Made by a program: the position numbers and the translations under genes
Notes under the pieces: model-generated
Database searches by the model: none
What the model was told of the DNA's origin: nothing
What the model saw: only the letters and a program-made list of their open reading frames with translations
Shown here: positions 27,291-36,980 of the stretch, piece by piece
How positions within the stretch are numbered: position 1 is the first letter of the stretch
Layout: the number at the start of each line of letters is the position of its first letter
Assembly: GCF_057098645.1 (NCBI RefSeq)
Contig: NZ_CM169472.1
DNA: 64,000 bases
Strand: one strand, 5' to 3'

Positions 27291-28411
27291 TATAGAGGTC
27301 TCGCAATAGTATCGGGCTCATCACGGTTGAAAATTTCATTTGCCCAGAGCATGACTATTAATTCCTCAGTTCCAATATTTGTAATGTCATGTGTCCAACC
27401 AGGAACTGTTTCAACAATCTTGAACTCATCCGATGAAACATTCAGTTCATATCGCTCACCGGTAATCACATGTTCAAATTTAAAGCATGCCTGACCTCGA
27501 ATGACCAAAAACTTCTCATTTTTACTGTGATGGTAATGTCCGCCACGCGTAATACCAGGGTGAGCAGTAAAAAATGAAAACTGCCCCGCTGAAGGCGTTT
27601 TCAACATCTCACAAAAGACTCCGCGGGCATCCCCATAAAAAGGTACCTTGTACGCAAACTTCTCTGCTGGTAAATAAGTCAGCCATGTAGAATACAATGC
27701 ACGGGTAAATCCCGTCCCGACAGCCTCTGTGATCAGGGTGGAACGGCTATTCTTGAATCTATAAATTAATTCTGCAACTTCACCAACAGTAGTTGAATAA
27801 ATTGGTGCAACAGCTTTATATCCGCTTTCAGTTGCCCCCGAGAGAAGCTCTATCGCTTTAGCACAAACATCATCAATATAAACCAAATTAACTGGCGCAG
27901 ATGCATCATTGATAGTTATGGCAAGATCATTCGCAATATTATAGCAAAAAGTCGCAACAAAAGAATTATAATTTGGTTTGCACCATTTGCCAAAAACGTT
28001 TGGATATCTGAAAATATAATATGGAGAACCACTAGTAGTAGCATATTTTTCAATATAACGTTCAGCTAAAGCTTTGCTTACCCCATAAGCATTGTCAAGT
28101 TCTGCTTGTATAGAAGAACTTAGCATAATTGGTATCTTCTTTCCTATAGAAATAAGATACTCAACTATGTATTTAGTTAAATCACTGTTTCCGGATTTAA
28201 ATTCATCATCAGTCTTTGGTCTATTGACTCCAGCCAAATGATAAATGAAATCAGCGTCCTGTAAGCCTTGTTCAAGATCTTGTTCTGTTGAATCCCGATC
28301 AATTCTAATAAGATTCTTGTAACCTAGTTCCTCAAGCCTCAAACTTAAATTACGGCCAATAAAACCATTTGCACCAGTAATCAATATTTTTATATCATGA
28401 GTCTTAGCCAT
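27290..28411 (-). CDS. fnlB: UDP-2-acetamido-2,6-dideoxy-hexose reductase/epimerase (FnlB/Cap5F type)
   Basis: ORF 27290..28435; probable start at internal Met MAKTHDIKILITGANGFIG (avoids overlap with fnlA); start uncertain. Confidence 0.8.
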   Translation of the reverse strand: MAKTHDIKILITGANGFIGRNLSLRLEELGYKNLIRIDRDSTEQDLEQGLQDADFIYHLAGVNRPKTDDEFKSGNSDLTKYIVEYLISIGKKIPIMLSSSIQAELDNAYGVSKALAERYIEKYATTSGSPYYIFRYPNVFGKWCKPNYNSFVATFCYNIANDLAITINDASAPVNLVYIDDVCAKAIELLSGATESGYKAVAPIYSTTVGEVAELIYRFKNSRSTLITEAVGTGFTRALYSTWLTYLPAEKFAYKVPFYGDARGVFCEMLKTPSAGQFSFFTAHPGITRGGHYHHSKNEKFLVIRGQACFKFEHVITGERYELNVSSDEFKIVETVPGWTHDITNIGTEELIVMLWANEIFNRDEPDTIARPL

Positions 28412-28415
28412 GTTG

Positions 28416-29432
28416 TTAACCTGCATGAAGTGCACGAATAAAATCCAATTTGAGCAAAAGCGTTTTCATGCCTTCAACGTTCAACCGTTGTGTATTATGA
28501 GAGTTGTAATCTTCAACCTCGGATATACGACTATCACCTTGTTCAACATATTTTCCATAATTAAGGTCACGAAGATCTGGTGGTATACGATAATAATCCC
28601 CCATATCTTCAGCAGAGAGCATTTCCTCACGACTGAGCAAAGCTTCAAATAACTTCTCACCATGACGCGTACCAATAATATTTACTGGGTGATGAGCAGC
28701 ATTTAGTAAATCCTTTAAAGCAGTTGCTAATGTTTCGATAGTTGCAGCTGGAGCTTTTTGTACAAAAATATCTCCGTTATTACCATGTTCGAATGCATAA
28801 AGTACTAAATCTACAGCATCCTCAAGAGTCATCATAAAACGGGTCATGTTAGGGTCAGTAATTGTTAGTGGCTTGCCAGATTTGATAAGATCAACAAATA
28901 ATGGAATAACAGATCCACGAGAGGCCATGACATTCCCATAACGGGTACCACATATTACTGTTTTGTTGCAGTCAACATTACGCGATTTCGCAACCATGAC
29001 TTTTTCCATCATAGCTTTTGAAATTCCCATAGCGTTGATCGGATATACAGCTTTATCAGTACTAAGACACACAACCCTTTTAACTTCATTCGCTATAGCA
29101 GCTTCAAGCACATTTTCTGTACCAAGAACATTAGTTTTAACAGCCTCCACAGGATGAAACTCACATGATGGAACTTGCTTAAGTGCCGCTGCGTGATATA
29201 TAAAATCAACTCCGCGAGTCGCATTCAAAATACTACGATAATCTCTAACATCACCAATATAGAATTTCAATTTTTTATTGTTATAATTTTTACGCATATC
29301 ATCTTGCTTTTTTTCATCACGACTAAATATGCGTATTTCTTTTACATCTGTGGAAAGAAAGCGATTTAATACAGCATTCCCAAATGAACCAGTACCACCA
29401 GTGATTAACAGTATTTTATCTTTGAACATCAT
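28416..29432 (-). CDS. fnlA: UDP-GlcNAc 4,6-dehydratase/5-epimerase (FnlA/Cap5E type)
   Basis: 338-aa ORF, ILLITGGTGSFG start and SDR sequence typical of FnlA/CapE. Confidence 0.85.
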   Translation of the reverse strand: MMFKDKILLITGGTGSFGNAVLNRFLSTDVKEIRIFSRDEKKQDDMRKNYNNKKLKFYIGDVRDYRSILNATRGVDFIYHAAALKQVPSCEFHPVEAVKTNVLGTENVLEAAIANEVKRVVCLSTDKAVYPINAMGISKAMMEKVMVAKSRNVDCNKTVICGTRYGNVMASRGSVIPLFVDLIKSGKPLTITDPNMTRFMMTLEDAVDLVLYAFEHGNNGDIFVQKAPAATIETLATALKDLLNAAHHPVNIIGTRHGEKLFEALLSREEMLSAEDMGDYYRIPPDLRDLNYGKYVEQGDSRISEVEDYNSHNTQRLNVEGMKTLLLKLDFIRALHAG

Positions 29433-29438
29433 AACCCC

Positions 29439-30230
29439 TTATAAACGATTACTCATTACACCATTACAAATAATATCTTTCTGTTCAGGTGTTGGATAGC
29501 TTATCAATACTGCCCTATACTTCCCTTTAAATACAAAAAGACTACCAGCTGCCGCACCAACGATGCCACATTGGTCAATCAGTGCAGAAAGATGGTCATA
29601 ACTACCAGCGCCCCCGAGAAACGTAACAGGAATATTTATTTGCGATTTGATAGTTGAGCAATATGCAACGTCATATCCTCCCATGACACCATCATTATCT
29701 ACAAAATTGATGACAATTTCTCCAGCTCCCAGATCGGCCATTTCCTTTGCAAACGAGACGGGATCGATTTTATGCTTGCGAGTGTTATTCCTTGTCGAAA
29801 GTTCATAGCCCTTTGAGAATAGACCTTTTCGTTTGATAATATCCAGCACAACAACAACACTTTGTTTTCCAACCGCTTCTGCCAATTCTCTAACAAGATT
29901 AGGATTTTCAACAGCTGCTGAACTTATTGATACCTTTTCAACACCAAGAGAGATAATTTTTGTAGCCTGTGCTACGCTGGTTACGCCTCCTCCATAGCAT
30001 AAAGGCATACGGCATTCCGCTGCGAGTTTTTTTATTAAATCATAATTAGGTTCGAGTCCCCTGGATGTCGCATCAATATCTAGGACCATCAATTCATCAG
30101 CTTCTTTCTCATTGAAAATTTTGACGGCATTAATTGGATCACCAACATACTTAGGGGATTTAAAATTAACTGTTTTGACTAAGCCAGAATCGTGGATAAG
30201 TAAACAGGGTATGATTCTTGGTCTAAGCAT
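29439..30230 (-). CDS. wbuZ: HisF-like cyclase subunit of an N-acetyl sugar amidotransferase system (WbuZ)
   Basis: ORF 29439..30248; start MLRPRIIPCLL aligns with the HisF N-terminus [11 protein letters not shown]; paralog of hisF at 19026. Confidence 0.8.
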   Translation of the reverse strand: MLRPRIIPCLLIHDSGLVKTVNFKSPKYVGDPINAVKIFNEKEADELMVLDIDATSRGLEPNYDLIKKLAAECRMPLCYGGGVTSVAQATKIISLGVEKVSISSAAVENPNLVRELAEAVGKQSVVVVLDIIKRKGLFSKGYELSTRNNTRKHKIDPVSFAKEMADLGAGEIVINFVDNDGVMGGYDVAYCSTIKSQINIPVTFLGGAGSYDHLSALIDQCGIVGAAAGSLFVFKGKYRAVLISYPTPEQKDIICNGVMSNRL

Positions 30231-30234
30231 GCTA

Positions 30235-30849
30235 TTAGATCTCTGCAAAATTTTTTAGTAGTTGGGATCCCGATGAATGGCTTTTCTCTGGATGACATTG
30301 AATACCATATATGTTATTCCTGCTAATTATACAATGAAAATTATGACCATAATTAGCAGTTGCCAATACATCACCTGTGTCATCACATTCGTAATAGTAT
30401 GAGTGTAAAAAATAAAATGAAGGTTCTACTGCGAAATCTTTCAGCAATGGTGTACTTGTTCTTTTAATTAAATTATTCCATCCCATGTGGGGCATCGGGA
30501 GGTTTTGTGAAGAGATATTGCTACTAAATGCTCGAACCGTACCTGGAATCCATCCTAAACCTGGCATGCTCCCCTCCTCACTAGAGGTCGCAAGCATTTG
30601 CATACCCACACAGATACCAATAATTGGAATCTTTTCTTCATATACACGTTTTTCAATACTATCTCGTAAACCTGAATTATTAAAAAGAGTCATAGCTTGA
30701 TCAAAAGCCCCAACTCCAGGCAGTATTAAATGTGTAGCACTAAAAATATCATCAACAGAACGAGCAACACCCGCATTAATGCCTAGTCGCTTATATACAT
30801 TCAAAAATGCTTGTATATTTCCAATACCATAATCAATGATTGTAATCAT
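30235..30849 (-). CDS. wbuY: HisH-like glutamine amidotransferase subunit (WbuY)
   Basis: ORF 30235..30912 trimmed to MITIIDYGIGNIQ (abuts the wbuX stop); class I GATase with catalytic Cys (GICVGMQ); paralog of hisH. Confidence 0.8.
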   Translation of the reverse strand: MITIIDYGIGNIQAFLNVYKRLGINAGVARSVDDIFSATHLILPGVGAFDQAMTLFNNSGLRDSIEKRVYEEKIPIIGICVGMQMLATSSEEGSMPGLGWIPGTVRAFSSNISSQNLPMPHMGWNNLIKRTSTPLLKDFAVEPSFYFLHSYYYECDDTGDVLATANYGHNFHCIISRNNIYGIQCHPEKSHSSGSQLLKNFAEI

Positions 30850-31988
30850 CTGAAATACCTTTTTTCTAATCCAAGTGCACGTAAGACATTCGCACCTAAA
30901 CCAATCAACCAACGCTTATTCTTATAATCCTTATATGTTTTTTTGGGCATAAAAAATAGCTCTTGCAAATTTTCAACACTAATACCAAGTTTGTGCGCTA
31001 CATACTCAAACTCTTGTTTAAGAAAGTGCTCATCCATTTCTGGTTTTGAAATCCTCTCAAGAGCTTGTTCACGAGACATTTGTCCCGTCATAATTAAACT
31101 CGAAAAGTGAGCTCTTCGTTTCTCATAACCAAATCTGCGTGGCAGCCAATAATCTTCATAAAACCGGGTGAAACGGGACTCATGATGTTTATGCTGGAAG
31201 GGTTGCCAGCCAAATTTTTTATTAAGTTCATTTTCTGCATCCTTCTTATTAAAAGGAACTAAATTTAGTGGATGATGCACTTTCATACCAAGAATTTTCT
31301 GATAGTAAATTTTATAAACCAATATATCCACTAAAGGAAAAGTTTTTAACGGTTTTTCTCCAAATTTCGTATGGATATCATTAAATAACAGAGTATCAAT
31401 GCCTAAATATCCTCCCCATTCTTCTGGTTCACGACAACACTCAGTAGAAAAATTGGACCCCGTAATGACATGTTTAATTCTATGTTGTCGAGCAAACTTA
31501 TATAATGATGAAAAAAAGGAAGCGTCCTGAACTAGATCTTGATCTGGAATTCCTGATTTTAAGAAAGACAGTTGAAGATCTTTCATTTCCTCCCAGTTTA
31601 CTACCTCTGTATAAAGTTCTAAACCAAGGCCTTCAATAAGTTTTTCAATATTACCAACAGCCTGATCTGTATTCCAGCCGGCATCAACATGGAATAATAA
31701 TGGGCGTAGCCCCATCTTTTCTTTTGCAATATATGCAGCATATGAACTATCAAGCCCCCCTGATAGTCCAATAATACAATCAAAATCACTATTCTTTGCG
31801 TCCGCCTTTATTTTACTTGCCATTTCAGATAAAGAAACATCTGAAAACAAACCTTTTCTCCATGTCGGCAATATATTGTTTTTATAATTGGCGCAGTAAT
31901 TGCATACTCCGCTATCATCAAAAGTAATATGAGGATCAGATGTATCCATAATACAATGATTACAAATTTGATAATTTTTATTTTCCAT
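30846..31988 (-). CDS. wbuX: N-acetyl sugar amidotransferase, PP-loop ATP pyrophosphatase family (WbuX/WbpG-like)
   Basis: 380-aa ORF with SGGLDSS PP-loop motif and N-terminal Cys cluster. Confidence 0.8.
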   Translation of the reverse strand: MENKNYQICNHCIMDTSDPHITFDDSGVCNYCANYKNNILPTWRKGLFSDVSLSEMASKIKADAKNSDFDCIIGLSGGLDSSYAAYIAKEKMGLRPLLFHVDAGWNTDQAVGNIEKLIEGLGLELYTEVVNWEEMKDLQLSFLKSGIPDQDLVQDASFFSSLYKFARQHRIKHVITGSNFSTECCREPEEWGGYLGIDTLLFNDIHTKFGEKPLKTFPLVDILVYKIYYQKILGMKVHHPLNLVPFNKKDAENELNKKFGWQPFQHKHHESRFTRFYEDYWLPRRFGYEKRRAHFSSLIMTGQMSREQALERISKPEMDEHFLKQEFEYVAHKLGISVENLQELFFMPKKTYKDYKNKRWLIGLGANVLRALGLEKRYFR

Positions 31989-33234
31989 ACACGCCCTTAT
32001 TTTTTCTAATGGTCATAAGTATCTCGTCAATTTTATTTTGATCAATATTATCTAATTCATGAAGAATAACTATTTTATTCAACTCTTTGTATTGATATGC
32101 CAAAGTGGAAGGATACGAAATGACAATATCTACATCAGGGAAATAATCATCATCTGTAATGAAATTCCATTTTGTCTTTTTGGCTTTTTCAGATGCTCTA
32201 GCTTTTGGATGTTCTTTATAATAAAGAACAATATTATCTGATAACGTTGAAAGTTGTGACCCAAGACTTAGTTGTCCTCGTTCACACAATGAATGCCCAA
32301 TAATTAGAATTGATAATCCTTTATTATTAATTGATGAAACATAAAATGGCTGTTGATAGAAATGAATTTTTATATTGTAATCATTAGCCTGTGAGATTAT
32401 ATGCTCTAAAAATAATTCAAGCTCAATTTCGTTAAAGATAGCGAGCTCTGATACAGCTTTCAGTTTATATGAGAGAGAGAAAAATTCATAACCCTTAGTC
32501 TTTAACGCCAGTAACGAGCCATGTTGAATTAATATATATCTTTTCCTTTTTATTCTGCATATAAAATCAGTTAAAACAGCCCAACGATCATAATGTTCAC
32601 TACTTGCGAGATTGCCTTTAATATTATTCATTCCCATAGCAACCAAAAACCAAGAAGGTGCTGTATAAATATGAAGAAGCCATTTTATACGTGATGGTTT
32701 TAAATAATAGATATAACTAAAAATAGATAACAAGAATGCTCTTGCCACATCTAGAAACGATGTTAATTCATATAAATTAATAGCATTAAAGTCACAACTC
32801 GTTGGTGTATAATTTACCCATGGTAATTTTATTATAATAAGTTCATCTCGAGATAATTTGTAACTATCATTATCTTTAAAAAAATAGCAAGTTTGCCTCA
32901 TTTCTAAATCTGAAAACGAAAAATAGTAAAATTTACCTTCCTTATTATTAGCAACCTTTATTTCTGAAATGGAATTTTTAAATTTAGCCAATATATATTT
33001 AGCAAAAAATAATATAACATATAATAAAAACCCCCCAAAAATAAAGGCAAACATAATCACTGCATAAATAATTTGCAAACTCGATGAACTCCACCTTTCC
33101 CCAGCCCATTTACTTGTCCTGGGAAGTGGTGGCATTTTTTTTGTAATGCTTTTTGATAAAGACTTATCGATATCTATTTCATTTTGTGTTGCGTGTAAAT
33201 AACATTCTATTATTTGCGACATTGATAATTGCAT
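31978..33234 (-). CDS. Uncharacterised membrane-anchored protein; candidate glycosyltransferase (possibly sialyltransferase)
   Basis: 418-aa ORF; one hydrophobic helix near residues 55-80; no recognisable motif by eye other than an HP dipeptide in the C-terminal half; position between wzy and wbuX. Confidence 0.45.
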   Translation of the reverse strand: MQLSMSQIIECYLHATQNEIDIDKSLSKSITKKMPPLPRTSKWAGERWSSSSLQIIYAVIMFAFIFGGFLLYVILFFAKYILAKFKNSISEIKVANNKEGKFYYFSFSDLEMRQTCYFFKDNDSYKLSRDELIIIKLPWVNYTPTSCDFNAINLYELTSFLDVARAFLLSIFSYIYYLKPSRIKWLLHIYTAPSWFLVAMGMNNIKGNLASSEHYDRWAVLTDFICRIKRKRYILIQHGSLLALKTKGYEFFSLSYKLKAVSELAIFNEIELELFLEHIISQANDYNIKIHFYQQPFYVSSINNKGLSILIIGHSLCERGQLSLGSQLSTLSDNIVLYYKEHPKARASEKAKKTKWNFITDDDYFPDVDIVISYPSTLAYQYKELNKIVILHELDNIDQNKIDEILMTIRKNKGVYGK

Positions 33235-33236
33235 AT

Positions 33237-34424
33237 TTATCTTCCTATAGAGCTTTTAACTAATTTATATTTATATATATAATATCCGCATGAGATAAAG
33301 AACAATTGATTTACAGGAAAAGAATTTATAAATGAATTTGAAAGCCCGGATATTAGGAAATAAATAAAAACAACTCTCCAAATGGCTATATCTTCAGCCA
33401 TTAACTCATTAAATATTTTAAATTGTATGTTCCAGAAGATAAGCAGCAATAAAATTAATAAAACAATAAAAAAGCCGATTAGACCGGCATAATTAAACAT
33501 TACGAGATAAAAGTTATCTGAAATGAGATTTATATTTTTATCTAAAAAATCAGGTAGCAACATATTCAGATCAACTAAATTTAAATATGTCAGAAAGTTT
33601 TCAACTCGAATTGATGCCGTATACGTATTAAGACCTCGATATTGTGATTCAATACCAGAGATACTGCCCATATAAAATATGGCGTACAATGCACCGCAAA
33701 CAGTGCCAATGCTTGCAAGAGTAAATATTTTTTTTCGCAAGCGAATGCTGGCACTGTCTCTCAATACTACTGTTAATAAAAGTGTCATACCAAGTGATAA
33801 CCATGCTGTGCGCGAACCACTGCTAATTAACGTTATCATCGGCATTATAAGAAATAAAGCTCTTTTAAAAAGACTTTTTATATTTGTCACCAAGGCGATT
33901 AAAATAATAATCGCTGAATAAGCACCACTATTCGTAGGATTCAGAAGAGAAGATATTGACCTAATCCCATCAGTGGCAGCCCAATATGAAACCATATAAT
34001 TATAAAATACCGTTAATTCTAATACAGAAATCGTGCCTACAATAACTCCTGTCCATAAAAGAACTCTATTAACTTTCACCATATTATAAGAAAATAGAGG
34101 AATAATCAGGCAAAAGCTGATCATAGTTGCAATAATCAACATTGTTGTTGCGTAAATTGTTACCGCACCACTGAAAAGGGCTGAAGCAACAGACAGGAAC
34201 AAGAAAAAAAACAATACAAAAAAATAATTAAATTTCTTGTAAATAAATAAGATACTTAGACTTATAACTAAGCAAACTATATATTTTATAATTTTTTGCG
34301 TTAAATCTTCATTATATTTTAATGTGTCAACACCAGAAAAAATAGCATTTAAGTAATATAACGAAGAAATAATTAACCAAAAAAAAAGCACTCCATTTAT
34401 AAACTTATCTTTCTTTATATTCAC
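33237..34424 (-). CDS. wzy: O-antigen polymerase
   Basis: 395-aa highly hydrophobic polytopic ORF, AT-rich, next to wzx. Confidence 0.7.
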   Translation of the reverse strand: MNIKKDKFINGVLFFWLIISSLYYLNAIFSGVDTLKYNEDLTQKIIKYIVCLVISLSILFIYKKFNYFFVLFFFLFLSVASALFSGAVTIYATTMLIIATMISFCLIIPLFSYNMVKVNRVLLWTGVIVGTISVLELTVFYNYMVSYWAATDGIRSISSLLNPTNSGAYSAIIILIALVTNIKSLFKRALFLIMPMITLISSGSRTAWLSLGMTLLLTVVLRDSASIRLRKKIFTLASIGTVCGALYAIFYMGSISGIESQYRGLNTYTASIRVENFLTYLNLVDLNMLLPDFLDKNINLISDNFYLVMFNYAGLIGFFIVLLILLLLIFWNIQFKIFNELMAEDIAIWRVVFIYFLISGLSNSFINSFPVNQLFFISCGYYIYKYKLVKSSIGR

Positions 34425-34431
34425 GTTTATT

Positions 34432-35670
34432 TTAAACCTTTTTTAGAATTTTATATAACGGGATCATTTTTAAGATCAAAAGTAATACAAAACTAGCTAT
34501 CATACCAATTAGCAAGTAATAGATATCACTTTGACATACGCTAAAAAAAACAAATAGTAAAAAAGATAAAAATGATATCAGTTGACTTACTAATATGTAA
34601 CGATCTTCTCTCATCGCGTATAAAGCAATATGTGGAATAAGACTTATACAATAGATATAAGTCGCTGCTATTAATAATATAAATACAGGAAATAATTGTA
34701 TGTAATCTCGTTTATCCAACCACTTAACCAATATAATCCCAGTAAAAAAGCAACAGATGCTCAAGAAAGATAGTAGTAAAATTAATTTATAAGTGAATTT
34801 TCTTAACTCAGATTTAAATTTTATATATTTTTTCCCTGAATATAACAAGGCAAGCTTTGGAAATGAAAAAGATATCAAAATAGTATCCAAAAATGATTGA
34901 ATAGCTGAAGTCATACTAACAAATAATGTATATCCCCCCAAAACTTCTAGGCCCGATATTTTTTCTACCGCGAATCTATCAAACGTGAAAAAGCCTCGTA
35001 GTGCAAGGGCTGCAATTAGCATTGGTACAGACAGCTTTATACCTTTTTTTATCCACGTCCAATCCCAGTTTGTAATATCGCTTTGTTTTTTTTTATTTAA
35101 AATATAAGCCACTCCAAGCACACTCGCGGACACAGTACCACCAAACCAAAAAATAAATACAACTGTTATATTTCTTAAGTTCGGATACACTAGCATCACA
35201 GCTATAGCTAACCAACACCATACACCTTGTCTTACAAAAAGAATAAAACTTGCAATCGATTGGCTTTCTATTGTTATTAGAACTCTATTAATCTCTTGTG
35301 ATAAGTGCTCAAAAAATAAAAGTAGGATAAACCAGTATTCACTTCCAGATGGTAATATTTCTAAATATAATAAAAAAATAAATGCCGGTATACATAGTAT
35401 ATAAGATATAACAGTAAATAGAGCTTGATTTTTTAGTATAAAAAAAAGCCTATTTTTTTGCGAGTTAATTATTTCTCTCGTTGAATACGTATAAAACTCA
35501 AAACCTACAACGAAAATACCATATCCTACAGCTGCATTAATTAATCCATACACTCCTAAATCTGTTGATGGTAAAAGTCGAGCAAGCAAAACAATGAAAA
35601 TAAATTTAGTAAGTAGAGTAATCCCTCTTAATCCAACACTTGAGTAATACTTAAGCATAGTATTAAACAT
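34432..35670 (-). CDS. wzx: O-antigen flippase (polysaccharide transporter family)
   Basis: 412-aa polytopic membrane ORF with Wzx-like N-terminus. Confidence 0.75.
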   Translation of the reverse strand: MFNTMLKYYSSVGLRGITLLTKFIFIVLLARLLPSTDLGVYGLINAAVGYGIFVVGFEFYTYSTREIINSQKNRLFFILKNQALFTVISYILCIPAFIFLLYLEILPSGSEYWFILLLFFEHLSQEINRVLITIESQSIASFILFVRQGVWCWLAIAVMLVYPNLRNITVVFIFWFGGTVSASVLGVAYILNKKKQSDITNWDWTWIKKGIKLSVPMLIAALALRGFFTFDRFAVEKISGLEVLGGYTLFVSMTSAIQSFLDTILISFSFPKLALLYSGKKYIKFKSELRKFTYKLILLLSFLSICCFFTGIILVKWLDKRDYIQLFPVFILLIAATYIYCISLIPHIALYAMREDRYILVSQLISFLSFLLFVFFSVCQSDIYYLLIGMIASFVLLLILKMIPLYKILKKV

Positions 35671-35801
35671 CCAAGGCCAATGTTAAAATCGGAAGTTTTT
35701 AATCTGTGATTATTAAATTTGCAATAATTTAAATATTAATATGAGGTTTTTAAATTTTAAATATCATACAAATAACTTATTAAAAACAATACCCATGTTG
35801 T

Positions 35802-36980
35802 TTATTTTAAATGACTATAGTCATATGCAACATCATAGAAGTCTTTATAATCCAACTTTTCATAAGTTAAAAAATCTTTAATGATTTTAACAATACTATT
35901 CATTACATCATTATTATAGTAAGGATTATGAGCATTTTTTACACGTTCAATGAAACTTTTCTGTTGTGAATAAGCAATGGCACATTCTATACTTTCTTTT
36001 TTACATATGGTATCTATTACCGAATCACCTCTAACCCTTCCTTTTTGGCGATCGCCTATATTAATCGTCGGAACCTTTAAGCTTGGAACCTCAATTAACC
36101 CAGATGACGAATTGCCTATTAAGCCATATGAATATTTTATCAAAGCTAGATATTCTTCAGGTCTCACAGAAATCATATATCGACAGCCATATACTCTACA
36201 AAAATCGAGAGTCATTTCTCTTATTTGTTCTGAACCAGTATCAGCATTTGAGCCAATAAAGATATAATCGTATTCTTCGCTAAAACTAGCTAATGCTTCT
36301 AGTAATTCTAAATACTGCTCTCTAACAGGTAAAGTTGATAACGTTTCAGGATGAAATACGACTACGAAATATTTTCTATTTAACCCACCGTACTTATTTT
36401 CAAGCTCCTTTTTAGAGGGTAATTCTAGTTGCAAACTGTTTTCAGCCCCTAGCGCACCTACATTAAATACACAATTAGGATCTTCACCAAGTTGGATAAC
36501 CCTTTTCCGATATTCATCAGTTGATACTAGATGTAGACGACTCATTTTCGTTATTGAATGTCGTATAAATTCATCATAATTCCCTAACGTTTTCTCTCCA
36601 CCATGAAGATGAATAATAGGTAGGTTATGCATAGAAGCTGCTACTGCCACTGAAAATATTTCGTATCGATCACCTAATATAATGACAGCATCATATTTTT
36701 TCTCTTGGAAATGCTCACCAAATGCTTGTTGGCATATCGACATCGTTTTCAAAACATCTGCGTTGGTTTTATTTTTCAGCTGCAAATCAATTAATTTTTC
36801 AATTAAGAAACCATCATTCTCGATTGTTTTATATGTATAACCATATTCAGAATCGCAATGCATACCTGTTGCAATAATTGATAAATCAATATCAGGATCA
36901 TCTTTTAGACTTTTTAATAGTCGTTTCATAATACCGTACTCAGCTCTTGAGCCGGTGACATAGAGCAATTTTCTTTTCAT
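35802..36980 (-). CDS. neuC: UDP-GlcNAc 2-epimerase (hydrolysing), ManNAc-forming, NeuC type
   Basis: 392-aa ORF, MKRKLLYVTGSRAEYG start typical of NeuC/SiaA. Confidence 0.85.
   Translation of the reverse strand: MKRKLLYVTGSRAEYGIMKRLLKSLKDDPDIDLSIIATGMHCDSEYGYTYKTIENDGFLIEKLIDLQLKNKTNADVLKTMSICQQAFGEHFQEKKYDAVIILGDRYEIFSVAVAASMHNLPIIHLHGGEKTLGNYDEFIRHSITKMSRLHLVSTDEYRKRVIQLGEDPNCVFNVGALGAENSLQLELPSKKELENKYGGLNRKYFVVVFHPETLSTLPVREQYLELLEALASFSEEYDYIFIGSNADTGSEQIREMTLDFCRVYGCRYMISVRPEEYLALIKYSYGLIGNSSSGLIEVPSLKVPTINIGDRQKGRVRGDSVIDTICKKESIECAIAYSQQKSFIERVKNAHNPYYNNDVMNSIVKIIKDFLTYEKLDYKDFYDVAYDYSHLK

Noticed and set aside
29439-30849. Apparent second copies of hisF and hisH
   Set aside because: They sit inside the AT-rich O-antigen operon next to a PP-loop ATPase and are clearly diverged from the genuine hisH/hisF at 17.7-19.8 kb; interpreted as sugar-amidotransferase subunits rather than a duplicated his operon.
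33237-35670. AT-rich homopolymer and short simple repeats (for example the ta-runs near 33270) as possible phase-variation tracts
   Set aside because: They are short, lie in extremely AT-rich membrane-protein genes where such runs occur by composition alone, and none is an extended perfect repeat.
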